Shown here piece after piece: positions 38,241 through 47,633 of a stretch of DNA of 64,000 bases. Every line of letters begins with the position of its first letter. The first letter of the stretch is position 1. Location of the stretch: NCBI GenBank assembly GCA_963786105.1, contig CAWAXX010000014.1:241482-305481 (forward strand). The letters are read 5' to 3'. The notes under the pieces were generated by a model. The model worked only from the letters and a program-made list of their open reading frames with translations. It had not been told where the DNA came from and did no database searches. Origin of the DNA: Vulcanimicrobiota bacterium (lineage in GTDB: Bacteria > Vulcanimicrobiota > Vulcanimicrobiia > Vulcanimicrobiales > Vulcanimicrobiaceae). The translations under genes were made by a program, and so were the position numbers.

Positions 38241-39617
38241 GTGACTGGTCGATCTGGAATAAATCAAACCTTCCGACGTGACGATCCCCGCCGGCAATTG
38301 CCGGCGATGCATCGCCTCTTAGAAGATCCGGTGGTCGCCGAATACGAAGCGACACTGGGGCGAGGAACGGTAAAACGCGCGGTGGAGCAAGTGCTCGACC
38401 GCGCGCGTGCTTCCGGCGAAACGCCTACGCACGATGCCATTCTCGCGGCGGTCGCTGCACGGCTGGAGGATACGGCGCTCCAGGATTTGACGCCCGTTAT
38501 TAACGCGACCGGTATCATCGCGCATACGAATCTCGGTCGCGTTCCGCTGGCTCGCGAGGCACTGTCGGCAGTCGAACGGCTTTCCCATGGGTACTCGAAT
38601 CTCGAGTACGACCTTGCTGCCGGCGAGCGCGGTTCGCGCTACGAGCGCGTTACCGGCCTGGTCTGCGAGGTCGCCGGCGCCCCTGACGCGTTGGTAGTGA
38701 ACAATTGCGCCGCCGCGGTAATGCTGGTGCTCGACGCCTTCGCGAAGGGACGTGAGGTCGTCGCGGCGCGAGGTCAGTTGGTCGAAATCGGCGGCGGCTT
38801 CCGGCTTCCCGACGTGCTGCAACGCAGCGGTGCGATTCTGCGCGAAGTCGGGACGACCAACCGCGTGTATCGCAGCGACTACGAAGCGGCGCTTTCCCCA
38901 CGGACCGCACTTCTGCTGCGAACCCATCCTTCGAACTATCGAATCGAAGGATTCGTGAGCGATGTCGGCGGCGCAGAGCTCGCCGGTCTCGGCCACCGCG
39001 CCGGCGTCCCCGTGGTCGAAGATCTCGGCAGCGGCGCGCTCGTCGATCTCGCCGAATACGGCCTGCCGCACGAGCGAACGGTTCAAGAGTGCTTGGCTGA
39101 GGATATCGATTTGGTGACGTTCTCGGGCGACAAGCTCGTAGGTGGCCCGCAAGCCGGTGTGATCGTCGGGCAGACTCGAGCGATCGCGCGCTTGCGGGCG
39201 AACCCGTTGTTGCGAGCCGTGCGCGTCGATAAGATGACGCTCGCTGCCTTGGCCGCAACCTTGCACCTGCACCGCGATCGCCGGTCGCGCGCACGCATTC
39301 CATTTTACCGAATGCTCGGTGCGACGCTCGACGAGCTTCGCCAACGCGCGCGCGCCTATCTCGCCGCAATCCCCGGCGCGGTCATCGTCGAGAGTGAAGC
39401 GTTCGTCGGCGCCGGTGCGCTCCCACGAACGCCGATTGCGTCGATCGCCGTCTCCTTGTCGCCGCCGCGTCCGGACTTGCTAGCGGCCGGCCTGCGTCGC
39501 GAAAATCCGGCGATCGTCGCGCGCATCGAGGGCGGCCGCCTGCTCTTCGATTTACGCACGATTGCGCCCGGCGAAGACGACACCGTCATCGCAACGCTTC
39601 TTTACGCTATTCGCTAA
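38241..39617 (+). CDS. selA: L-seryl-tRNA(Sec) selenium transferase
   Basis: VINATGIIAHTNLGR, YSNLEYDL..GERGSR, VEIGGGFRLPD, EVGTTN, FSGDKLVGGPQAG; start GTG 38241 (alternative ATG 38307). Confidence 0.95.
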   Translation: MTGRSGINQTFRRDDPRRQLPAMHRLLEDPVVAEYEATLGRGTVKRAVEQVLDRARASGETPTHDAILAAVAARLEDTALQDLTPVINATGIIAHTNLGRVPLAREALSAVERLSHGYSNLEYDLAAGERGSRYERVTGLVCEVAGAPDALVVNNCAAAVMLVLDAFAKGREVVAARGQLVEIGGGFRLPDVLQRSGAILREVGTTNRVYRSDYEAALSPRTALLLRTHPSNYRIEGFVSDVGGAELAGLGHRAGVPVVEDLGSGALVDLAEYGLPHERTVQECLAEDIDLVTFSGDKLVGGPQAGVIVGQTRAIARLRANPLLRAVRVDKMTLAALAATLHLHRDRRSRARIPFYRMLGATLDELRQRARAYLAAIPGAVIVESEAFVGAGALPRTPIASIAVSLSPPRPDLLAAGLRRENPAIVARIEGGRLLFDLRTIAPGEDDTVIATLLYAIR

Positions 39618-41139
39618 ACCACCCTGAAGGCTGCACGTCGAGGTTGACGTTGATCTGTTTGACTTCGGTGTAGGCATCGTAGCCGTAGGTTCCGAGTTCG
39701 CTGCCGAAACCGGATTGCTTGTACCCGCCCCATGGCGCTTCGTTGTAGGTCGGATGGTACGTGTTGATCCACGTGATGCCGGCGCGTAGTTTTCGAATGA
39801 CCCGGTGGGCCTTGGCGACGTCTTGGGTAAAAACCGCCCCCGCAAGCCCGTAGACCGTGTCGTTGGCCATTCGCACGGCGTCGGCTTCATCGTCGAACGT
39901 CTGAACCACCAGTACCGGTCCGAAGATCTCTTCTCGAACGATCCGCATCGACGGCTCGGTGTCGTCGAAAATCGTCGGCTCGATGAAATTTCCGGCCGCG
40001 AGCGCGCCGCCGATTCGCTTACCTCCGCACGGCAGCTTCGCGCCCTCGTCGATCCCGAGTTTGATGTAGGATTCGACGCGTTCGCGGTGCACCGGCGAAA
40101 TGATCGGACCCATTTCGGTGTTCGGATCGAAACCATCGCCAACGCGAATCTTCTTGGCCCGTTCGACCAGGCGCTCGACGAAGCGATCGTGCAGAGGCTT
40201 TTGAAGGAGCAGGCGCGATCCCGCCGAGCACACCTGTCCGGCGTTGGCGTAGATCCCGAACAATGCGTAGTCGACGGCGGTCTCGAAATCGGCGTCGGCG
40301 AAAACGACGTTGGGTGACTTTCCACCGAGCTCGAGCGAGATTTTTTTCAAGTTCGACGCCGCCGCTTGCATGATGCTGCGTCCCGTCTTAGTACCGCCGG
40401 TAAACGCGATCTTATCGACCAGCATACTGGCGGCAATCGCATGGCCCACGGTAGCTCCGGCGCCGGTGACGACGTTGACCACGCCGGCCGGAAACTCGAG
40501 CTCTTCGAAGATCATCGCCAGGCGCAACGCCGACAGCGGTGTCAGCTCGGCCGGTTTGAGCACGCAGACGTTGCCGGCGGCAAGCGCGGGCGCGAGCTTC
40601 CAAACGGCCATCAGCAGCGGGTAGTTCCACGGAACGATTTGTCCGCATACGCCGATCGGTTCGCGCACGGTAAAGCTTTGCGAAGGCGCCGGCACGTCGA
40701 AAGTTTGGCCGTGCGGTTTGGTGGCAAATCCCGCATAGTATCTGAAGCAGTTGGCGGCGTCGATGGCATCGTACTCGCACTCGCGCAGCGGCTTCCCGTT
40801 GTTCAGCGTATCGATGCGAACGAACTCGTCCCGATGCGCGTCGATGGCGTCTGCGACCTTGAAGAGCAGCGCCGCCCGGTCGGCCGCGGAAGTCGAGCTC
40901 CACGGTCCGTCGTCGAACGCTTTACGAGCCGCGAGAATCGCCAGTTCGGCATCGCTTTGGCCGGCCTCGGCGATCGTGGCGATGCGTTCGCCGTTAGAGG
41001 GGTTGATGAGGTCGCGGGTCGCTCCGTCCTGCGCGAGCCTCCAACCGCCGTCGACGTACATGGGAATCGTGCCGTGGATGCGCGGCAAACTCTCTAGGAC
41101 GTCGTCTGCGTTGACAGTAGATGTGGGCATCGTCTGCAT
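39607..41139 (-). CDS. Aldehyde dehydrogenase (aminoaldehyde/betaine-aldehyde type, probably 4-aminobutyraldehyde)
   Basis: IVPWNYPL, FTGGTKTG, LELGGKSP, NAGQVCSAG, EEIFGPV, PWGGYKQSG; downstream of patA. Confidence 0.9.
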   Translation of the reverse strand: MQTMPTSTVNADDVLESLPRIHGTIPMYVDGGWRLAQDGATRDLINPSNGERIATIAEAGQSDAELAILAARKAFDDGPWSSTSAADRAALLFKVADAIDAHRDEFVRIDTLNNGKPLRECEYDAIDAANCFRYYAGFATKPHGQTFDVPAPSQSFTVREPIGVCGQIVPWNYPLLMAVWKLAPALAAGNVCVLKPAELTPLSALRLAMIFEELEFPAGVVNVVTGAGATVGHAIAASMLVDKIAFTGGTKTGRSIMQAAASNLKKISLELGGKSPNVVFADADFETAVDYALFGIYANAGQVCSAGSRLLLQKPLHDRFVERLVERAKKIRVGDGFDPNTEMGPIISPVHRERVESYIKLGIDEGAKLPCGGKRIGGALAAGNFIEPTIFDDTEPSMRIVREEIFGPVLVVQTFDDEADAVRMANDTVYGLAGAVFTQDVAKAHRVIRKLRAGITWINTYHPTYNEAPWGGYKQSGFGSELGTYGYDAYTEVKQINVNLDVQPSGWFSE

Positions 41140-41142
41140 CGT

Positions 41143-42474
41143 TTATACTCCCGTTTTGATCCGTCCGGCGAACATCGAGCTCAAACTTTCCTCCAAGGCT
41201 TGGCATACGTAGTCGGCCTGTTCCTCTTCGATCGTCAGCGGCGGTTCGATGCGGATGGTGCGCGCGTTGACGAGGGTTCCGGAAACCAGGACTCCGCGGT
41301 CGAGCATGCGCTTCCCGAACTCGAATCCGGTCGTATCGTCGCAAAACTCGAGCGCAATCAGCAAGCCCTTCCCGCGCACGTCGACGACCACGTCCTCGAA
41401 GCCGGCAACGCCCCGGCGGAGGCCCGCTAGCATACGCTCGCCCATCTTGGCGGCTCGTTCGGGCAGGCGTTCTTCTATCAACACGTTGATGGTCGCCAAG
41501 GCCGCAGCGCAAGCGAGCGGATTTCCGCCGAACGTGGACGTGTGCAAAAACGGGTTATCGAACAGCCTGGCAAAAACGTCGCGGCGTCCGACGACGGCGC
41601 CGGCCGGCATCACGCCGCCCCCGAACGCCTTCGCCAGACACATGAGATCGGGAGCGACGCCGTAGTGCTCGCAGCAGAACATCTTTCCGGTGCGCCCCAT
41701 GCCCGTCTGCACTTCGTCCAGGATCAGCAAGGCACCGAAGTCGTCGCACAGCGTGCGCACCCCCGGAAGATACGAATCGGACGGAATGTTGACGCCGCCT
41801 TCGCCTTGTATCGGCTCGAGCAGAACGGCTCCGACGTCTTCGCCCACGGCCTTGCACGACGTCATCATGTCGGCGAGCGCCGGAAGGTCGTTGAATGGGA
41901 CGTGCTCGATGTTCGGGAGCATCGGCCCGAACGGCCGACGGAACTCAGCTTTGGCACTCGCCGAGAGCGAGCCGTAACTCTTGCCGTGGAAGCCCTTGGT
42001 CGCGGCGACAATCGTTTGCTTCGAACCGTCGTAGGCGCGCGCGAGCTTGAGCGCGCCTTCGACCGCTTCGGTTCCGCTGTTGCAAAAGAATGCAAAATCG
42101 AGACCGGGGGGCGTCAGCATCGTTAGCGCCTTGGCGAGCATCGCGCGCAGTGGATCGAGGAGGTCTTGGCTGTGCAACGGCTGCCGGCGGAGCTGATCCA
42201 TGACGGCTTTGACGACTTTTGGATGCCGGTGCCCGACGTTGAAGATGCCGAACCCGCCAAGACAGTCTATGTATTCGCGCCCGGTGACGTCGCGATACGA
42301 GTTCGGACCGGCGTCGGCCCACTCGACGACCGCTTCCGCGCCGTCCACGCTGGTCGCTTTGCGATATTCTAGAAAGCCGGGATTGATGTGATCGCGAAAT
42401 GACTCGACGGTCTCGCGCGTAATCCAGGCGGCTTCGTCGCGGGTTATGTCCCTTGACTCGATGAGTTGTAACAC
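41143..42474 (-). CDS. patA: Putrescine aminotransferase (true start probably ATT at 42519, see findings)
   Basis: FRDHINPGFLEYRK, EYIDCLGGFGIFNVGHRHP, QPLHSQDLLDPLRAMLAK, DEVQTGMGRTG, HTSTFGGNPLACAA, TIRIEPPL match YgjG/PatA. Confidence 0.9.
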   Translation of the reverse strand: MLQLIESRDITRDEAAWITRETVESFRDHINPGFLEYRKATSVDGAEAVVEWADAGPNSYRDVTGREYIDCLGGFGIFNVGHRHPKVVKAVMDQLRRQPLHSQDLLDPLRAMLAKALTMLTPPGLDFAFFCNSGTEAVEGALKLARAYDGSKQTIVAATKGFHGKSYGSLSASAKAEFRRPFGPMLPNIEHVPFNDLPALADMMTSCKAVGEDVGAVLLEPIQGEGGVNIPSDSYLPGVRTLCDDFGALLILDEVQTGMGRTGKMFCCEHYGVAPDLMCLAKAFGGGVMPAGAVVGRRDVFARLFDNPFLHTSTFGGNPLACAAALATINVLIEERLPERAAKMGERMLAGLRRGVAGFEDVVVDVRGKGLLIALEFCDDTTGFEFGKRMLDRGVLVSGTLVNARTIRIEPPLTIEEEQADYVCQALEESLSSMFAGRIKTGV

Positions 42475-42522
42475 TTGCTGGGTATATTCGTAGGCTTCTC
42501 GTTCGCGATCGTTTGGAATTTC

Positions 42523-43809
42523 TTACGCACCTCGTCGAGCATCGGATTGCGGGTTCCCCAAGACCGTCTCTACGCTCGCCGTGAGGATTTCGAGCGCTTC
42601 GCCGAGTTCGGCATCATCGATCACGAGCGGGACCAGAATGCGGATGACGTTCCGCTTTCCGGCCAGCAACAGCAGCAGGCCGCGCTCGCGGGCCGTCTCG
42701 ACGATCTGCGGCGCACCCGACGAGAGCTCCATCGCGACCATCGCGCCGAGTCCGCGCACGTCTTCAATTTCGGCGAAGCGCGCTTGCAGGGAGCGCAACG
42801 CATCGTCGAGCTGCGTACCGATCGCGCGGGCGCGAGCGAGAAAGGCTTCGTCGACGATGTCGAAGGTCGCGAGCGCCGCCGCACAGGCCACCGGATTTCC
42901 GGCGAACGTTCCGCCGAGTCCGCCCGGCGCCGGCGCGTCCATGATCTCCGCCTTTCCGGTAACCGCTGCGAGCGGTAACCCGCCGGCGAGAGATTTTGCA
43001 ACGGTCAACAGATCCGGCTCGATACCGTAATGCTCGCACGCAAAGAACGTGCCGGTGCGCCCGAACCCGGTTTGAATCTCGTCGGCGATCAGCACGATCC
43101 CGTGTTCGGACGCAATGCGGCGAAGCTCTCGTACGAACTCGACGGGGGCGGGAACGAATCCGCCTTCGCCGAGCACCGGTTCGAAAATAATTGCGGCAAC
43201 GCGTTCCGCGGCGACAGTGCTCTCGAAAATTTCCTCGAGCGCGTTGAGCGCGCGTGCGGTCGTGATGCCGCGATGTTCGTACGGAAACGGTGCGTGATAG
43301 ATTTCGCTGCAAAATGGGCCGAAATGCTGTTTGTACGGTTCGATCTTTCCGGTCATCGAAAGCGCCAAAAGCGTGCGCCCGTGGTACGCGTGCTGAAAAG
43401 CGATGACGGCAGGACGGCGAGTATGTTCGCGCGCTATTTTTACGGCGTTTTCGGTTGCCTCGGCACCGGTGGAGAACAGCGCCGTCTTTTTCTGCGACTC
43501 ACCGGGTGCGCGGCGGTTGAGCTCCTCGGCGACGGCAACGTACGGCTCGTAACTCGCGACTTGAAAGCAGGCGTGTGTCAGGCGTGCCGCTTGCTCGGCG
43601 ATCGCCGCGACGACGCCGGGGTGCGCGTGACCGACGTTGAGCGTACCGATGCCGCCTACGAAATCGAGGTAGCGGCGCCCCTCGACGTCCCAGACCGTGG
43701 CCGCCGAGCCGCGGTCGATGGCGATGGGGTGCGCGACCGCAACGCCGCGGGCGACGCTGGCCGCGCGCCGCTGGACGATCGAGGCGTTGTTGATGGTTAT
43801 TGTAGGCAA
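42523..43809 (-). CDS. gabT: 4-aminobutyrate aminotransferase
   Basis: WDVEGRRYLDFVGGIG, THACFQV, STGAEATENAVKIAR, DEIQTGFGRTG, PGGLGGTFAGNP; TTG 43809 chosen because a -10 TACACT at 43842-43847 lies too close to ATG 43839. Confidence 0.9.
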   Translation of the reverse strand: MPTITINNASIVQRRAASVARGVAVAHPIAIDRGSAATVWDVEGRRYLDFVGGIGTLNVGHAHPGVVAAIAEQAARLTHACFQVASYEPYVAVAEELNRRAPGESQKKTALFSTGAEATENAVKIAREHTRRPAVIAFQHAYHGRTLLALSMTGKIEPYKQHFGPFCSEIYHAPFPYEHRGITTARALNALEEIFESTVAAERVAAIIFEPVLGEGGFVPAPVEFVRELRRIASEHGIVLIADEIQTGFGRTGTFFACEHYGIEPDLLTVAKSLAGGLPLAAVTGKAEIMDAPAPGGLGGTFAGNPVACAAALATFDIVDEAFLARARAIGTQLDDALRSLQARFAEIEDVRGLGAMVAMELSSGAPQIVETARERGLLLLLAGKRNVIRILVPLVIDDAELGEALEILTASVETVLGNPQSDARRGA

Positions 43810-43901
43810 CGTAGATTCTCTCAAGGACGCGTTCTCCATCGAGTGTAATCGCTCCCAGCACGCCAAAGCCAGGTATGGGAAGTACAATTTTGCCACCGCT
43901 G

Positions 43902-44125
43902 ATGAAGGACGGCTGCAACGAACGATCGCCGCGGTTGACCGTCCGTGAGATTCTGTTCCTCCCGACCCTCGACCGTGCCCGCTTGGTCGATTTGCCGGAC
44001 CCCGCGCCTGGGTGCGCCGCGGGTGCTTTCTGCTTACCACCGGCCATAGCCGGCCTATCGATGCCGCCGGTCAGCAAGCGCTCATCCAAGAGCCGGCGGC
44101 TCGCGGGGTTGATGGGGTCGACCTA
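43902..44125 (+). pseudogene. Relic of a PucR-family regulator N-terminal (ligand-binding) domain
   Basis: LTVREILFLPTLDRARLV-DLPDPA(frameshift at 44007-44008)WVRRGCFLLTTGHSRPIDAAGQQALIQEPAARGVDG resembles the PucR N-terminal consensus; divergent from gabT; no HTH. Confidence 0.7.
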
Positions 44126-45736
44126 ATGGCAAGAAGCGCGCTCATGCGAGCGCTCCGCGGCGTCGCCGCGCGAGCCGGAGAAAACGGCGGAGGAGAGACG
44201 CGTAAAGAGTTTCTCCGCACGGTTTCCTTAGCGGCTCTCGGAGCCGTTACCATCCCCCAGTTCGTCGCATGTGGCAGTTCGCAGGCACGCGGCCGCGAGC
44301 GCATCGCGATCGTCGGTGCCGGTATTGCCGGACTCGTTACGGCCATGCATTTGCGCGACGCGGGAATCGAATCGACTATCTACGAGTCGTCGACACGCGT
44401 TGGCGGACGCATGCACTCCGAACGCGCGTATTGGGGCGACGGCCAGCACACGGAATGGTGCGGCGCGATGGTCGACTCGCTTCACGTCAACATGCATCGC
44501 TTGGCTCGCCGCTTTGACCTGCGTTTGCTGGACACTATCGCCGCCCGGCCACCGCACTCGCGCGATACGTGTTATCTCGACGGCCGGTACTATCCGATGG
44601 CCGACGCGGACCGCGATTTCGCTAAAATTTACCCGATCATGCAACTGCAGCTCGGCAAGATCAATCCTCTGACGACGTACTCCAACGCCACTGCCGAGGC
44701 TCGCCGGCTCGACGCCATGAGCATGCGCGACTGGATCCTGCGGTACGTCCCCGGAGGCGAAACCTCACAGTTGGGGCGCCTGATCGACGAAGCCTATTGC
44801 AACGAATACGGGCGCACGACCGACGAGTTGAGCGCGCTCAACCTCGTCGTGCAGCTCGGCGAGCAGCGCCGCTACCACGAAAACCATCGGATGAACGTCT
44901 TGGGATCGTCCGATCAGAAGTACATCTTCGCCGCCGGTAGTCAAGCGTTACCCGAAGCGATCGCGGCGTCGCTTCCCGCCGCGAGCGTGCGGTTCGATCA
45001 TCGCCTGCTGGCGATCGCCCGCCTCTCAAACGGCACGTACGCCTTGACGTTTGCGACCGGCGGAAAGACCGAAAAGGTGTACGCGGACCGGGTGGTGCTG
45101 GCGATTCCCTTCATCGTGCTGCGGGGGCTCGATTTTTCCGGGGCCGGCTTCGACGCCGCTAAAAGGCGCGCGATCGACGATCTCGGTTACGGCTATCACA
45201 CCAAACTGCACGTGCAGTTCGACCGGCGCGTATGGATGCAGCGGGGCCGATGGCCGGAACCGACAAGCGGACAGATTTGGACGACGTTGCCCGTGCAGAG
45301 CGCGCTGGACTTTACGCTCGGCCAGCCCGGGCGCGACGGCATCATCGAAGTTTTTACCGCCGGCGCCGCCGCCATGGTCGATACGCCGCCCGTCCCCTAC
45401 GCGCGCATCGGGGATTCGGACGCCGTGCGACGACACGTTCGCACGTTCTTTCGGCAACTCGATCTCATTTGGCCCGGTGTTTCGCCGGCGTGGAACGGAA
45501 AGGCAACGTTCGGGAACGCGCAAGCGGATCCCAACGTTCTCGCGAGTTATTCTTGTTGGCTGGTAGGCCAATACACGACGATCGCCGGTCACGAAGCGCT
45601 CCCACAAGGACGCGTACATTTCGCGGGAGAGCATACGTCGATCTCCGATCAGGGGTTCATGGAAGGCGGAGCGGAATCCGGATTTCGAGCCGCACGCGAG
45701 ATTTTGAGCGATTATCGCATCAAATCCGCCGGATAA
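44126..45736 (+). CDS. Flavin monoamine/polyamine oxidase family protein, likely Tat-exported lipoprotein
   Basis: IVGAGIAG, RVGGR, FAGEHT..GFMEGG; TRKEFL Tat-like motif, hydrophobic stretch, FVAC lipobox. Confidence 0.85.
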   Translation: MARSALMRALRGVAARAGENGGGETRKEFLRTVSLAALGAVTIPQFVACGSSQARGRERIAIVGAGIAGLVTAMHLRDAGIESTIYESSTRVGGRMHSERAYWGDGQHTEWCGAMVDSLHVNMHRLARRFDLRLLDTIAARPPHSRDTCYLDGRYYPMADADRDFAKIYPIMQLQLGKINPLTTYSNATAEARRLDAMSMRDWILRYVPGGETSQLGRLIDEAYCNEYGRTTDELSALNLVVQLGEQRRYHENHRMNVLGSSDQKYIFAAGSQALPEAIAASLPAASVRFDHRLLAIARLSNGTYALTFATGGKTEKVYADRVVLAIPFIVLRGLDFSGAGFDAAKRRAIDDLGYGYHTKLHVQFDRRVWMQRGRWPEPTSGQIWTTLPVQSALDFTLGQPGRDGIIEVFTAGAAAMVDTPPVPYARIGDSDAVRRHVRTFFRQLDLIWPGVSPAWNGKATFGNAQADPNVLASYSCWLVGQYTTIAGHEALPQGRVHFAGEHTSISDQGFMEGGAESGFRAAREILSDYRIKSAG

Positions 45737-45751
45737 GGGCCCGTAGCTTCT

Positions 45752-47608
45752 TTGGCGATCGTCGGTACTGCCGGGCACGTCGATCACGGAAAATCCGCGC
45801 TAGTGTCGGCGCTGACCGGCACCAACCCGGACCGTTGGATCGAAGAGCGTCTGCGAGGCATGACGCTCGATTTGGGATTCGCACGCCTCGTTCTGGACGA
45901 CGGCCGGGAGGCGGGTATCGTCGACGTTCCCGGCCACGAGCGATTCCTCCACAACATGCTTGCGGGCGCGGCTGGGATGGACGTGCTGCTGCTCGTAGTA
46001 GCCGCCGACGAAGGGGTGATGCCGCAGACGCGCGAGCATCTCGATATCCTGCGCTATCTCAACGTCCGTCAAACGGTCGTCGTGGTTACGAAAATCGATC
46101 TCATAGCCCCGGTTTTGCGGGAAGCGGCCTACGCTCGCGTTCTCGAAGCGCTGCGCGGCTCGATTGCGGAAGGCGCGCCGCTGGTCGGCGCGTCGAGCGT
46201 GACCGGCGAAGGTATCGACGCTCTTCGTGCGCGCATCGCCGAAGCGGTTGCCGCGCTGCCGCCCCGCGACGACGACGCACCCGCGTACCTTCCTGTCGAT
46301 CGCGTCTTTGCGTTGCCCGGACTAGGAACGGTCGTCACGGGCACCCTCATGCAAGGAACGATCGCCACCGGCGACGTGCTAGCGCTCGAACCCAGCAATC
46401 TGCCGGCACGGGTTCGTAGCATTGGAGTCTTCGGCACGACCCGCACGCACGTCGCTGCGGGCTCGCGAGTCGCGCTCAATCTTCCCGGCATCGATCGTCG
46501 TTCGATCGGCCGCGGCGAAGTGGCCGTTAGCTCGGGGTTTGCGGCACGTTCGAGTTTTGCCGTGCGGTTTACGCCGCATGAGGCGGCGTTGCCGTTCTTG
46601 CGACGCCGCACCCCAGTGCGCGCGTATCTGGGCGCCGCGGAAATTTTGGGAGTGTTGACCTTCGAACGCGTTCCCAACGACGTGCAAGAGCTGCCCGCGC
46701 TCCTTCATCTGCGCGAGGCCACGGTCGCGTTTCCGGGCGCCCGCTTCGTCGTTCGGCGGCCGTCGCCCAAGACGCTAGTAGGCGGCGGCTACGTCGAGGC
46801 ACTCGACCTGCCGTCCGGCGGCGACGCTCCGACGCCCGCGGAAAGTGCGGTGGCCACCGCGCTGCGCAGCGACCAACTCTGTGCGCTCGATCTCGAAGCC
46901 ACCGCGTTTGCCGCCAACCTGCGTGAGGACCTCGCCCTCGCGGCGCTCGAACGTTTGGCGGCTCGCGACGAGGTCGTGCTCCTCCGGCGGCCGACGGCGT
47001 ACGTTGACGGTGCGGCTGCACGACGTCTGCTCGCGCGCGCCATCGAGCATCTCGAGGAGGTTCAACGCGAGCGTCCGTGGCTGATGGGCGTCACGTCGAT
47101 CGCGCTAGCGCGCGAACTCGATGTTGCCGAACCGCTGCTCGTACGAATCTTCGCGGAGTTTGTGGAGAACGGCCGGCTGGCCGCTCGCGGCGGGTACTAT
47201 TCCACGCTCGATCATCAACCATCGCTGTCGGCAGAGCAGCGCGAACTTTTCGACGGCCTGATTCCGCGCGGCGGCGCGCCGTCGTTTGTGCCCGTGCCAT
47301 TTACGGGCGTCGCGAGCGCCGTAAAACGGTCGCAGATCGATGGAGCCGCGCAAGCCTTCGACACGCTCCTCGCGCGCGGCGCACTCGTCAAAATCGGCGA
47401 CGACCTCTACCTCGCATCTCAGATCTCGGCGATACGCGCGCGTGTCGAGGGATATCTAGGCGAGAACGAGCGCATGACGCCGGCGGCGTTTCGAGACTTG
47501 CTGGGAACGTCGCGAAAATACGCGATGCCGCTGCTCGAGTGGCTCGACGCTCGCGGCGTTACCCTGCGAAACGGCGACTACCGGACGCTCCGCCGCATGT
47601 CATCCTGA
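45752..47608 (+). CDS. selB: Selenocysteine-specific elongation factor
   Basis: [33 protein letters not shown]-terminal winged helix [27 protein letters not shown]. Confidence 0.95.
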   Translation: MAIVGTAGHVDHGKSALVSALTGTNPDRWIEERLRGMTLDLGFARLVLDDGREAGIVDVPGHERFLHNMLAGAAGMDVLLLVVAADEGVMPQTREHLDILRYLNVRQTVVVVTKIDLIAPVLREAAYARVLEALRGSIAEGAPLVGASSVTGEGIDALRARIAEAVAALPPRDDDAPAYLPVDRVFALPGLGTVVTGTLMQGTIATGDVLALEPSNLPARVRSIGVFGTTRTHVAAGSRVALNLPGIDRRSIGRGEVAVSSGFAARSSFAVRFTPHEAALPFLRRRTPVRAYLGAAEILGVLTFERVPNDVQELPALLHLREATVAFPGARFVVRRPSPKTLVGGGYVEALDLPSGGDAPTPAESAVATALRSDQLCALDLEATAFAANLREDLALAALERLAARDEVVLLRRPTAYVDGAAARRLLARAIEHLEEVQRERPWLMGVTSIALARELDVAEPLLVRIFAEFVENGRLAARGGYYSTLDHQPSLSAEQRELFDGLIPRGGAPSFVPVPFTGVASAVKRSQIDGAAQAFDTLLARGALVKIGDDLYLASQISAIRARVEGYLGENERMTPAAFRDLLGTSRKYAMPLLEWLDARGVTLRNGDYRTLRRMSS

Positions 47609-47628
47609 GCAGAGCCCATGCGATGACA
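47596..47628. repeat. REP/MITE-like element, copy 2 (internally shortened; contains the selB stop)
   Basis: CATGTCATCCTGAGC identical to 30831-30845; terminal inverted repeat TGTCATC 47598-47604 / GATGACA 47622-47628. Confidence 0.55.
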
Positions 47629-47633
47629 AGGAG

